Shown: positions 46,829 to 55,411, counted from the first letter of the stretch. The stretch is DNA of 64,000 nt from Rhodocyclales bacterium (GCA_028292485.1 JAQGMG010000054.1:18633-82632), one strand, 5' to 3'. The notes: generated by a model from the sequence alone, not told the origin. Translations and numbers: made by a program.

Positions 46829-47188
46829 ATCCTGTCTTGCGGATGCCGTTGCGCGATCAAGCTTCCTGACGCGATGCGATTCCGCTGCTAAGGCTTTGGC
46901 GATGTGCGCTGTTGCTGTTTCCGGCTGCGCCTGACCACACATGAAAATGTCTACAGCCGCAAAGCCATGTTCCGGCCAGGTGTGGATGCTGATATGCGAT
47001 TCGCGCAATAGCAGCACGCCGGTGACGCCCATGCCGGGACCGAAATGATGAAAGTGCGCATGGATCGGCGTGGCGCCGGCCAGACGTGCCGCTTCGCGCA
47101 GGACAATCTCGATCTGTGCCGTGTCGCCGAGCAGGCCGGGCGATACGCCGTCGAGATCGAGCAGCAGGTGCTGGCCAAGAATACTCAT
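46778..47188 (-). CDS. pyruvoyl-dependent S-adenosylmethionine decarboxylase proenzyme (SpeD/SpeH-like)
   Basis: ATG at 47188. LLLRESHISIHTWPEHG is the processing and active-site motif. The C-terminal ~15 codons are encoded by a REP. Confidence 0.8.
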   Translation of the reverse strand: MSILGQHLLLDLDGVSPGLLGDTAQIEIVLREAARLAGATPIHAHFHHFGPGMGVTGVLLLRESHISIHTWPEHGFAAVDIFMCGQAQPETATAHIAKALAAESHRVRKLDRATASARQDVGWSERSDAQHRSMHR

Positions 47189-47337
47189 TTGTGGAACGAC
47201 CCACCGCCAGAATAACCGCTGCCGTAACTCGACCCACCCCAACTGCGATAGCTGCTGCCGCCTCTCGATCCACCATGGATGGTGGTCGTAGCAATGGTGA
47301 TGACGATTGCGTAGATGATGTAGATAAAGCGCCACAT
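47185..47337 (-). CDS. 50-aa micro-protein: one TM helix plus a Gly/Ser/Tyr-rich tail
   Basis: Product is MWRFIYIIYAIVITIATTTIHGGSRGGSSYRSWGGSSYGSGYSGGGSFHK. Its start overlaps the upstream stop (TGATG) and its stop overlaps the downstream start (ATGA). Confidence 0.5.
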   Translation of the reverse strand: MWRFIYIIYAIVITIATTTIHGGSRGGSSYRSWGGSSYGSGYSGGGSFHK

Positions 47338-48833
47338 CAGTCGTCGTCTCCCGAGCTGCTGTCTGCAAATTTGAAGATCGGAAACCACAACGCAACAAGG
47401 CCGAAGGCCGGAATTTCGATGCCGTCAAAACCCTGCATGAAAAGGATGGGCAGGTTCAACACGACAATGATGGCGGTGAATATCCACGCGACTTTACGCA
47501 ACTGGCTGCCAGTGTCGCCCGTACTGGCAAGGGCGGCCGCACTTTGTTTGGGCAAGGCTGCCGCCTGCGCTGCCTTGCCGAACCAGCCAAGCACATCGCG
47601 CGCTGCAACGCGCTTGGCAAGACTCCAGTTCAGCTCGCTCGCGGTGCGCTCTGCGGTGAGCGTCATGTTTCCCTGCTTGTAATCGGCGATGCTGGTGCGG
47701 TCGCCGATATGCACACGCCAGTTGAAGGCGCCAGCGGCCCAGACCACTTCCGCGCCGTAGTCGTACAGCTTGTTGAAGACCTGCCCGCTGAGTCGCAGCT
47801 GGCCGCTGCCTGCCGCCTCTGGCCACTCGTCCTGCACGGTGACAAGATCCCAGCCCTCCATGCTCTCGACGATCCACTGAAAGCCCTTTTGCGGGTTGTA
47901 GAGCAGATACTCGACCCAGGTCGAGGACTCTTCACCTGTCTCGCGGCATTCCATGAGACCGATCAATGTCCACGCTGCGCCGCCAATTTTGGCGATGTCG
48001 CCCAGTGCCAGCGTGGTCGTGCGTTGATCCAGCTCTTCATTCTTGGCCAGCACTTCCACCTGCCCGGCGCGCGCAGCGACTTCCGCATGGCAGGTCTGGC
48101 AGACGAGGTGCTGGGCGACGCCCGGCCGGTACGCAATCGACGCACCGCAGTTCGGACATTCGAGGTTGGCCGTGCTGCCGCGCAGCTTGCCCGCGCTCTG
48201 CTGGATCTGCGTTTCGTCGCGCAGCAGCTGGCAGGCCAGCGTTTCCAGCGTGACCGCCTTGCCGACGTAGATGACCGGCGTGGCGCCATCCGAATAATCC
48301 AGCGTGACGAAGCGTTGACCGTTGCGGTAGTCCGCAACCTTCGCTTCCCAGCCCTCGCCGACCTTGAACGGCAGCTCGCCCTGACCACCCGTGCAACGTG
48401 CCGTGCGCACATCTGCGGCGATGTAGCCAACACCGTCAAAAGCCAGGCGCCCACCGGGCTGGATGCGCTCGAAGAGCGGTACCTCTTGTGGCTTGGTGGC
48501 CGACTCGACTGTCAGCGTGTACTTGCCCGAAGCATCCGACAGCCAGCACGCCGCGCCATCGTCGAACAGCGCATACCATTCGTTCCAGTAGCCATCGGCG
48601 TATTCGAGTTGAATACGTCCGACGACACCGAAGCGCTTGCCCTCGAACATGCCGCTGGTATTGATCTGGATCGGCGAATAATCCTCCAGCACAGCCGACA
48701 TCTTGCCGATGTCGCGCACCGAGTCTGCGTCGCGCAACAGCGTGCTCTGGCAATAGCTGCACACCGCCATGACCGAGGCGGCCGAGCGAAAGCTGACTTG
48801 TGCTCCGCAGCTAGGGCAGGCGACTTGATACAT
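47337..48833 (-). CDS. double zinc-ribbon / double DUF4178-like membrane-anchored protein
   Basis: Zinc-ribbon-like pairs CPSCG...CSYCQS and CPNCG...CQTCH each precede a DUF4178-like module (GRIQLEYADGYWNEWYALF and WVEYLLYNPQKGFQWIV). A C-terminal TM segment and an acidic tail follow. Confidence 0.75.
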   Translation of the reverse strand: MYQVACPSCGAQVSFRSAASVMAVCSYCQSTLLRDADSVRDIGKMSAVLEDYSPIQINTSGMFEGKRFGVVGRIQLEYADGYWNEWYALFDDGAACWLSDASGKYTLTVESATKPQEVPLFERIQPGGRLAFDGVGYIAADVRTARCTGGQGELPFKVGEGWEAKVADYRNGQRFVTLDYSDGATPVIYVGKAVTLETLACQLLRDETQIQQSAGKLRGSTANLECPNCGASIAYRPGVAQHLVCQTCHAEVAARAGQVEVLAKNEELDQRTTTLALGDIAKIGGAAWTLIGLMECRETGEESSTWVEYLLYNPQKGFQWIVESMEGWDLVTVQDEWPEAAGSGQLRLSGQVFNKLYDYGAEVVWAAGAFNWRVHIGDRTSIADYKQGNMTLTAERTASELNWSLAKRVAARDVLGWFGKAAQAAALPKQSAAALASTGDTGSQLRKVAWIFTAIIVVLNLPILFMQGFDGIEIPAFGLVALWFPIFKFADSSSGDDD

Positions 48834-48866
48834 TCGTTAGCTCAGGCTAATTCTCGAGAGTGCGGC

Positions 48867-48898
48867 GTAGGGTGGGTTAGCGCAGCGTAACCCACCGG
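48867..48898. repeat. single REP hairpin inside the operon
   Basis: gtagggtgggttagcgcagcgtaacccaccgg lies in the 104-nt gap between the SPFH and DUF4178 genes. Confidence 0.7.
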
Positions 48899-48937
48899 TC
48901 CAAAACTTCCGGGCGCTTTGCGCCCGCCCAATCAATA

Positions 48938-49948
48938 TCACCCGATCATCTTCTTGAGTATCTCCGCCTTCGCCGTGTCGTAATCGGCTTGGGCGATGAG
49001 CCCCTTGTCCAGCATGCCCTTGAGCTTTTCAAGGCGCACTTCCGGCGCGTCACCCGCTGGCGCAGCAGCGGCCGCAGAAGCTGGATTCATGCTGGTACGC
49101 ATCGCATCTGCCATTACTTGCCCGACGCCGACACCTGCTGCGAGACCCGCGCCCAGGCCCGCAACGCCGCCTTCGTTCTGCGCCGCCAGCGGGATGCTGT
49201 TGGCAACCTGGTACTGGGTGTACTTGCCGAGGTCGCCCATCATGCCCATCGAGATGCGTGTGTCGATGGCCTTCTGCAGCTCTTCCGGCAACGAGATGTT
49301 TTCGACGGCGTAGTTGTCGAGCGCGAGGCCGTACTGATCGAACACGGGCGTCATGTGTTCTTTCATCTTCTGCGACAGCAGCGCCTGGTTGCCGGCCATG
49401 TCGAGGAAAGGCAACTCGGCGCTGCCCAATGTCGATGTCATCGTCGACACCACAAGGTTACGCAGCTGCTCTTCGAGCTGGTCACGCGTGTAGATCTCGC
49501 GCGTGCCGCTGATCTCGGTGTAGAACTTCTTCGGGTCGCTCAGCTTGTAGGAATACATGCCGAAGGCGCGCAGGCGCACCATGCCGAAGTCCTTGTCACG
49601 AATGGTGATCGGTTGCGGCGTGCCCCACTTGCGGCCGAGCTGGATGCGCGTGCTGAAGAAGTACAGGTCGGACTTGAAGGGCGACTCGAAGAGCTTGTCC
49701 CAGTTCTTCAGGTAGGTGAGCACTGGCAGCGTCTGTGTAGTGAGCTTGTACATGCCGGGGCCGAACACGTCGGCAACCTTGCCCTCGTTCACGAACACCG
49801 CCATCTGCGAATCGCGCACGGTGAGGCTGGCGCCGTTCTGTATTTCCATGCCGTCCATGGGGTGGCGCCAGGCGAGCACGCCTTCGCTGTCTTCGGTCCA
49901 TTGCAGGACGTCGATAAACTGTTTCTTGATGAAATCGCCCAGACCCAT
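48938..49948 (-). CDS. SPFH/band-7 protein (COG4260, YdjI-like) with C-terminal SHOCT-like helix
   Basis: ATG at 49948 follows AAGGAGA. Contains MGLGDFIKKQFIDVLQW...VRDSQMAVFVNEGK...ENISLPEE and the tail LEKLKGMLDKGLIAQADYDTAKAEILKK. Confidence 0.85.
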   Translation of the reverse strand: MGLGDFIKKQFIDVLQWTEDSEGVLAWRHPMDGMEIQNGASLTVRDSQMAVFVNEGKVADVFGPGMYKLTTQTLPVLTYLKNWDKLFESPFKSDLYFFSTRIQLGRKWGTPQPITIRDKDFGMVRLRAFGMYSYKLSDPKKFYTEISGTREIYTRDQLEEQLRNLVVSTMTSTLGSAELPFLDMAGNQALLSQKMKEHMTPVFDQYGLALDNYAVENISLPEELQKAIDTRISMGMMGDLGKYTQYQVANSIPLAAQNEGGVAGLGAGLAAGVGVGQVMADAMRTSMNPASAAAAAPAGDAPEVRLEKLKGMLDKGLIAQADYDTAKAEILKKMIG

Positions 49949-49995
49949 GATGGCTCTCCTTACCGAAAATTTAGAAAATGCGTTACGACAATGCT

Positions 49996-50388
49996 TTACG
50001 AAAGGGCGGCGGCGTTGATGGTGCCGACGACCAGTGACACGACGCCCATGAGCCCACCCATGGCGACGTTGTTGTTCTCCAGTGCTGCGTTGAGACTCGG
50101 CAGCAGGCGCGCGACAAATGCATAGGCGCACACCTGCACGGCGGCACTGCAGGCTGCCCAGAACAGGAACATGAGGAAGGTATCGTTATGCAGGATGCTC
50201 GATGCGACCGTCAGCGCAAAGCCGAGTGTCGCGCCGCTGAGCGATAGCGCCGCCGCCGCGCCGCCGTTGTGAATCAGATGCAGTTCGCGAAAGGGCGTGA
50301 CATGCAGATAGACGGCGACGAACGCGCCGACCACGGCCAGCCCGGCGAGTAGATGAATCAGGTATGCGTAGAGTTGTTGTAATACCAT
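49996..50388 (-). CDS. DUF350 membrane protein (YjfL-like)
   Basis: ATG at 50388 follows AGGAGA. VTPFRELHLIHNGGAAAALSLSGATLGF parallels the E. coli YjfL segment ITPHNEWQLIKNNNTAASLAFSGTLLGY. The upstream 320 codons of the track ORF were rejected. Confidence 0.8.
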   Translation of the reverse strand: MVLQQLYAYLIHLLAGLAVVGAFVAVYLHVTPFRELHLIHNGGAAAALSLSGATLGFALTVASSILHNDTFLMFLFWAACSAAVQVCAYAFVARLLPSLNAALENNNVAMGGLMGVVSLVVGTINAAALS

Positions 50389-50529
50389 CAGCCGTCTCCT
50401 GTGACCTAGCTCATCAAATGCCGTCGCAGCGTAACAAGCGGGCATGACGGGTGCAAGCCCGTTCGGACAAAATGTACCAACGGACAAACCTTCCGCCAGA
50501 TTCTTATCTTTGCGAAATTCAGCTCCTGC

Positions 50530-52041
50530 ATGCGTGATCGCGTCCTGATTCTCTCCGTCTTCGTCGTCGCCTCCTGCGGCCTGGCCTATGAGCTTATTGC
50601 CGGCGCGCTGGCCAGCTACCTGCTCGGCGATACGGTGTTGCAATTCTCGTCCATCATCGGCTGCTACCTTTTCGCGATGGGCGTGGGTTCGCATCTGTCG
50701 CGCTACGTGAAGGACGAGGACGCACTGGCGCGTTTCATCGATGTAGAGCTGCTGGTGGGCATTGTCGGCGGGCTCTCGGCAACGATCCTGTTCTCGATCT
50801 TTGCGTGGGCTTCTACCCCGTTCCGTACGGTGCTGTACGCGCTGGTGTTCCTGATCGGCGTGCTGGTCGGTATGGAAATCCCGCTTGTCATGCGCGTGCT
50901 GTACGGGCGCAAGGCCGAGCTGCGCGAGATGGTCAGCCGCGTGCTGACTTTTGATTATCTCGGCGCGCTGGCAGTGTCCTTGCTGTTTCCGCTGGTGCTC
51001 GCTCCGCGTCTCGGCATGTCGCGCACGGCGCTGGTCTTCGGTCTGCTCAACGCGGGTGTTGCGCTGTTCACGGCGCAGGTATTCGGCAAGGAGCTTCACG
51101 GCAAGCGCGGCATTCGGCTGCGTGGCACAGCCGTGGCGGTCGTGCTCATTGCCGGACTGGCCTTCTCTTCGCAGCTCACGCACTGGGCCGAGCAAAGCGT
51201 GTTCGGCGACCAGATCATTCATGCCGAGACGACACCGTATCAGCGCATGGTGGTGACGCGCTGGCAGGACGATCTGCGTCTGTATCTCAACGGCAATCTG
51301 CAGTTCTCGACACGCGACGAGCATCGCTATCACGAGGCGCTGGTGCATCCGGCGATGCAGTCGCTACCCGGTGCGCGCAGCGTGCTGGTACTTGGCGGCG
51401 GCGATGGTCTCGCCGTGCGTGAGTTGCTCAAGTACCCGAAGCTTGAACACATCACGCTGGTAGATCTGGACCCGGCGATGACGAAGCTGTTCTCGACATC
51501 GGAAACGCTGACCGCCATCAACCAGCACTCACTGACCAACCCGCGCGTCAAGGTCATCAATGCCGATGCAGGGCAGTGGCTGGAGACAGATACCGGTTCC
51601 TACGATGCCATCATCATCGACCTGCCGGACCCGTCGAACTTCGCGCTGGGCAAGCTCTATTCGGTGCCGATGTACCGGCTGGTGAGCAAGCATCTCGCCG
51701 AGCATGGCTACGTCGTCGTGCAATCCACTTCGCCCTATTTCGCGCCGCATGCTTTCTGGTGCGTGGTGGCGACCTTGAAGGAGGCCGGCTTCTACACCTG
51801 GCCCTATCACGCCAATGTGCCTTCGTTCGGCGAGTGGGGATACGTGCTGGCCGGCAAGCACGATAGCTTCACGCAGCCCGATCACTACGACGTGCCGCTG
51901 CGATTTCTGGATGCATCGAGCACGCGCGAGATGTTTCACTTTCCGTCCGACATGGTGGCACCGGAGGTCGAGCCCAACCGGCTGAATAACCAGTCGCTGG
52001 TGCACTACTTCGAGCAGGACTGGCACCGGGTGATTCGCTAG
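50530..52041 (+). CDS. polyamine aminopropyltransferase (spermidine-synthase-like) fused to an N-terminal multi-TM domain
   Basis: About 7 TM helices are followed by VLVLGGGDGLAVRELLKY...ITLVDLDP...IIIDLPDP, a spermidine synthase fold. Confidence 0.85.
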   Translation: MRDRVLILSVFVVASCGLAYELIAGALASYLLGDTVLQFSSIIGCYLFAMGVGSHLSRYVKDEDALARFIDVELLVGIVGGLSATILFSIFAWASTPFRTVLYALVFLIGVLVGMEIPLVMRVLYGRKAELREMVSRVLTFDYLGALAVSLLFPLVLAPRLGMSRTALVFGLLNAGVALFTAQVFGKELHGKRGIRLRGTAVAVVLIAGLAFSSQLTHWAEQSVFGDQIIHAETTPYQRMVVTRWQDDLRLYLNGNLQFSTRDEHRYHEALVHPAMQSLPGARSVLVLGGGDGLAVRELLKYPKLEHITLVDLDPAMTKLFSTSETLTAINQHSLTNPRVKVINADAGQWLETDTGSYDAIIIDLPDPSNFALGKLYSVPMYRLVSKHLAEHGYVVVQSTSPYFAPHAFWCVVATLKEAGFYTWPYHANVPSFGEWGYVLAGKHDSFTQPDHYDVPLRFLDASSTREMFHFPSDMVAPEVEPNRLNNQSLVHYFEQDWHRVIR

Positions 52042-53705
52042 TGCAGGGCCCGCACCGCCCTTTTTTCTCCCGGCGCCAGTTCCTGGCTGCGAGCGCAACG
52101 GGTTTGTTGTCCGGTTGTGGTCGATTGCCCTGGCAGGCGCCACCAGTGCGCATCCTCATGCCGGGCATGGCGGAAGGACATATCTTGCGTGATGGGCTGC
52201 GCGATGCGGCGAAGCTGCCGTCACCATCCGGTGAGCTCGAATGCGATGTCGCCATTTTCGGCAGCGGCGTAGCAGGCATGACGGCGGCGTGGCGACTGGC
52301 AAAGGCCGGGCGTCGCAACATCCTGGTGATCGCGGGTCCGGAGCCCGACGGCAATGCGGCGGGCGCCAGCATGGCGGGGCAAGCCTGTCCAAGCGGCGCG
52401 CACTACCTGCCGTTGCCGTCGATGGAATCAAGGCATGTGCGCGAGATGCTTGCCGATGTCGGCGTCATCATCAGCGATCCATTCGGGCATCGTCCCGAGT
52501 TCGACGAGAGGATTCTGGTTCATGCGCAGCAGGAGCGCTTGCTGCGCGCCGGCAAATGGCACGAGGACCTGTTGCCTGATGAAGCGAGCACGACGCAGGA
52601 GCGCAGCGAGCATCAACGCTTCCTGCGCTACGTCGAACAGCTCAAGACGGCGACTGGCAACGATGGCAAGCGCGCCTTTGCCATACCGATTGCGCTGTCC
52701 TCTCAGGATGCGCAGTGGCGCGCGCTCGATCGACTCAACTTCCGCGACTGGCTGACGCGCGAGGGCTATCGCTCGGCGCCGCTGCACTGGTATGCCAACT
52801 ACGCTTGTCGCGACGATTATGGCACGAGCTATGAACACACCTCTGCCTACGCCGGCCTGCACTACTTCGCGAGTCGTGCGGGTGAGGCCCGCAATGCCGA
52901 GCCGGGCGCGGTGCTGACCTGGCCGGATGGCTTGCAGGGAATGATGCGTGCATTGCGGAGTAAGATCGGCTTTGGCGCACATCTCGATAACAGCACCGCG
53001 CCCCGCCAGATGACGGGCTTTGCCGCCAGCATTCAGATCAGGAACAAGGCTGTCGACGCTTTGGTCGTGCAGCCTGCATCCGGTACTGCTTCGCTGCGCA
53101 CCCTGCGCGTACGCGCGCGTCATGCAATCTGCGCCATGCCACTGCACGTTGCAGCGCACGTGGTCGAAGACATGCGTGGCTACGGCTTCGACCCTGCCAC
53201 GCATTTGCCGCAGAGTGCACCATGGATGATCGCCAACTTCCTCATGCGCCGTTTCCCGGAAGAGCGTGCTGCGGCGCAGCTGGCGTGGGACAACGTGATC
53301 TACGAAGGCAAGGGCCTTGGCTACGTGGTGGCCACGCACCAGCTGATCCGCGTGGCCAAGCCAGAACACGCGGTTTTCACCGCCTACAACGCGCTCAGCG
53401 ATCGCTCGCCGCAGGACTCGCGCCGCTGGCTGGAGACTGCATCGCCGGCGCAGCTGCTTGAACGCGCCGCTGGCGATATGCATCTCGCCTACGAGCAATT
53501 GTGGCCCTATGTCGAGCGCGTGGACATCACGCTGCGCGGCCACGCCATGGCCAGCCCGGCACCGGGTTATCTGAACAACAAGGGGTTGTTGGCGCTACGC
53601 GAAGTCGACGGCCCGCTGCAATTTGCGCACAGCGATATGTCTGGCTATTCGGTGTTTGAAGAGGCGGCCTGGTGGGGCGAGATGGCGGCGCGCCGTCTGC
53701 TGTGA
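52041..53705 (+). CDS. FAD-dependent (amine-oxidase-like) oxidoreductase, predicted Tat-exported lipoprotein
   Basis: The GTG start shares a base with the upstream TAG. Twin-arginine motif SRRQFL, lipobox LLSGC and dinucleotide motif DVAIFGSGVAGMTAAWRL are present. Confidence 0.75.
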   Translation: MQGPHRPFFSRRQFLAASATGLLSGCGRLPWQAPPVRILMPGMAEGHILRDGLRDAAKLPSPSGELECDVAIFGSGVAGMTAAWRLAKAGRRNILVIAGPEPDGNAAGASMAGQACPSGAHYLPLPSMESRHVREMLADVGVIISDPFGHRPEFDERILVHAQQERLLRAGKWHEDLLPDEASTTQERSEHQRFLRYVEQLKTATGNDGKRAFAIPIALSSQDAQWRALDRLNFRDWLTREGYRSAPLHWYANYACRDDYGTSYEHTSAYAGLHYFASRAGEARNAEPGAVLTWPDGLQGMMRALRSKIGFGAHLDNSTAPRQMTGFAASIQIRNKAVDALVVQPASGTASLRTLRVRARHAICAMPLHVAAHVVEDMRGYGFDPATHLPQSAPWMIANFLMRRFPEERAAAQLAWDNVIYEGKGLGYVVATHQLIRVAKPEHAVFTAYNALSDRSPQDSRRWLETASPAQLLERAAGDMHLAYEQLWPYVERVDITLRGHAMASPAPGYLNNKGLLALREVDGPLQFAHSDMSGYSVFEEAAWWGEMAARRLL

Positions 53706-53733
53706 CAGTTTCTGAATGCGCCGCTGTGAGGCA

Positions 53734-54273
53734 TCAATCTTTGACGCATACCGTCGGCAGATCGTCGCGCATCAGCCAGCCGTAACCGCGCGGACAACGC
53801 ACGCGGCGTTCGCGGCGAATGACTATGGCACCTGTGCTCTCCGGCGTACTCATCTGGCAATTGCCATTGGCGCCGCTGACAAACCCCGCGTAGGAAATGC
53901 GTGGCGCGTCTTCCCTGGCCGTCCAGCTCAGAGTCTTGCCGCTCTCCGTGTAGGGCGCGTCTGCAACGGCATAGCTGAGGCCGCAAGGGTAGGTCTTGGT
54001 CAGCGCCGCAATCGCGTCGTTAACCGCAGCTGTTTCCGAGCCCCTTGGCGCACCGGACTTGTTGTTGAGCACAAAGCGCCAGATGTCCCAGCTGCCGATC
54101 TCCGGCTCGCTGCATGTGCTTGAAGGCAGGCCCGCGTTTTCGCACAGCCCGCTTGCTGCGTAGGCCTGGCTGAGCATGCAGCAGGCCGATGCAATCAGCA
54201 CTCTCAGCACAAACGTCTGCACGATCGACCTCATTCTGATAATGACATGCGCTTGCCTCCATGGCTTTTGCAT
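53734..54273 (-). CDS. secreted cysteine-containing hypothetical protein
   Basis: ATG at 54273 follows GAGGT, with an alternative start at 54234. A signal peptide ...VLRVLIASACCMLSQAYA is present, and the mature part has 8 Cys. Confidence 0.55.
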   Translation of the reverse strand: MQKPWRQAHVIIRMRSIVQTFVLRVLIASACCMLSQAYAASGLCENAGLPSSTCSEPEIGSWDIWRFVLNNKSGAPRGSETAAVNDAIAALTKTYPCGLSYAVADAPYTESGKTLSWTAREDAPRISYAGFVSGANGNCQMSTPESTGAIVIRRERRVRCPRGYGWLMRDDLPTVCVKD

Positions 54274-54301
54274 GCGAATACCTCGATACGGCCACAGCCT
54301 A

Positions 54302-55021
54302 TCAGCGCCAGCCTCCGGTTACAAAACTCATTGTCTCCGTTTCGCGTCGCCACACCACCTCCTGGCGTGTGGTGGTCAGCCACCAGGATTGTGTGAGCGG
54401 CTCGGGCTTGTGACGGGCAAAGCCTTTGGGCGTGAGCAGGGCGGCACACCAGCTTGGCTGCGGATCGCGGACGGACTGATAGACGATGGCTTGCAGCCTG
54501 GCTTCGCGCGCGGCCCGGGCAATCGCCTGCGTGGCGCTGTAATCGCGTGGAGCTATCCACAAGGCTGCTTGTGCGTTGAGGGGCGGCTCGCGCAGATCGA
54601 TGGCGCTGGCATCGACCCTGGCACGAAACGCCGTGTGGAGTACCGGGCCGACCTGCTGCAGGGCAGGGCTGTCGAGCAGGAAGCGCCAACGCCAGTAGCC
54701 CAGTTCGGCTGCGGCTGTACGGACGTGAGGTGCGCCATAGAACACACCGAGATCATTGCTGCCGCGAAAGCGTGACCCCGAGGGATACGGCGGATAGCGA
54801 AAAGGACTGGCGAGCAGGTAGTCCAGCTGCGTGGTGTTGATGGGCTGCGGCGGTTTGCCCTGCTCCAGCAGGATCTCCAGCACGTCCTGCTCGGCAGCGC
54901 TGTCGACCAGTTTCATGGTGCTGGCGACGTGTTGCGACTCGACCATGCGCCATAGCGCGGCGCGTAGAGGGCGGGCCAGCGTGGCCAGTTGCCCGGCATC
55001 GAACAAGTCTTCCGAACTCAA
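54302..55021 (-). CDS. RES-domain toxin (RES-Xre type II TA system)
   Basis: Contains WRMVESQH...STMKLVD, then the RES signature residues in SRFRGSNDLGVFYGA...AAAELGYW...IVYQSVRD. Only a TTG start is available at 55021, 3 nt after the antitoxin stop. Confidence 0.8.
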   Translation of the reverse strand: MSSEDLFDAGQLATLARPLRAALWRMVESQHVASTMKLVDSAAEQDVLEILLEQGKPPQPINTTQLDYLLASPFRYPPYPSGSRFRGSNDLGVFYGAPHVRTAAAELGYWRWRFLLDSPALQQVGPVLHTAFRARVDASAIDLREPPLNAQAALWIAPRDYSATQAIARAAREARLQAIVYQSVRDPQPSWCAALLTPKGFARHKPEPLTQSWWLTTTRQEVVWRRETETMSFVTGGWR

Positions 55022-55024
55022 GGA

Positions 55025-55411
55025 TCAGACCCGGGCACGCGATGCGTCGAGGTACTGCACGACACGCACCAGCCCTTCGGTATGCTGGATCAATTCAACC
55101 GGCATACCTGCCAGGGCGAGATTCTCGCTGTTGAGCCAGCTGCGGGCGGCGTCCTGTGTGCCGACGATGGAATCCAGCGAGCGGAACAGCCGCACCAGTA
55201 ACACGGCGAAATCCCATTCCTTGCTGTCACGTTGCAGACGATAGCGGCCGGCGACGAGGCGCGAGGCGGTTGCAGTGCTGACGCCCAGCACCTTGGCGAG
55301 CCGCGCCTGGGACAATCCAAGTTGCTCGGCAGTACGTACCAACGCTTTGGAAAGCACGGTAGCCGGGTCTGTTTCGGCATTGCTGGCGGTGCTGATACTG
55401 GCGTCAAGCAT
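55025..55411 (-). CDS. Xre-like antitoxin with DUF2384-type toxin-binding domain
   Basis: ATG at 55411 follows GGAGAAG. An HTH (LGLSQARLAKVLGVSTATASR) is followed by ARSWLNSENLALAGMPVELI, typical of DUF2384. Confidence 0.75.
   Translation of the reverse strand: MLDASISTASNAETDPATVLSKALVRTAEQLGLSQARLAKVLGVSTATASRLVAGRYRLQRDSKEWDFAVLLVRLFRSLDSIVGTQDAARSWLNSENLALAGMPVELIQHTEGLVRVVQYLDASRARV

Noticed and set aside
50389-50529. A sigma54 promoter in the divergent region of the polyamine/SPFH cluster that might link it to the PspF-like activator 5 kb away.
   Set aside because: There is no GG-N10-GC element with TGGCAC/TTGC context on either strand. The link remains pure speculation.
48989-53543. 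Long ORFs antisense to the SPFH gene (48989..50125) and the FAD oxidoreductase (52428..53543), and the 450-aa form of ORF 49996..51348.
   Set aside because: These are shadow ORFs. For 49996..51348, only the last 130 codons (after an AGGAGA RBS and ATG at 50388) look like a membrane protein. The upstream part is antisense to the aminopropyltransferase gene.
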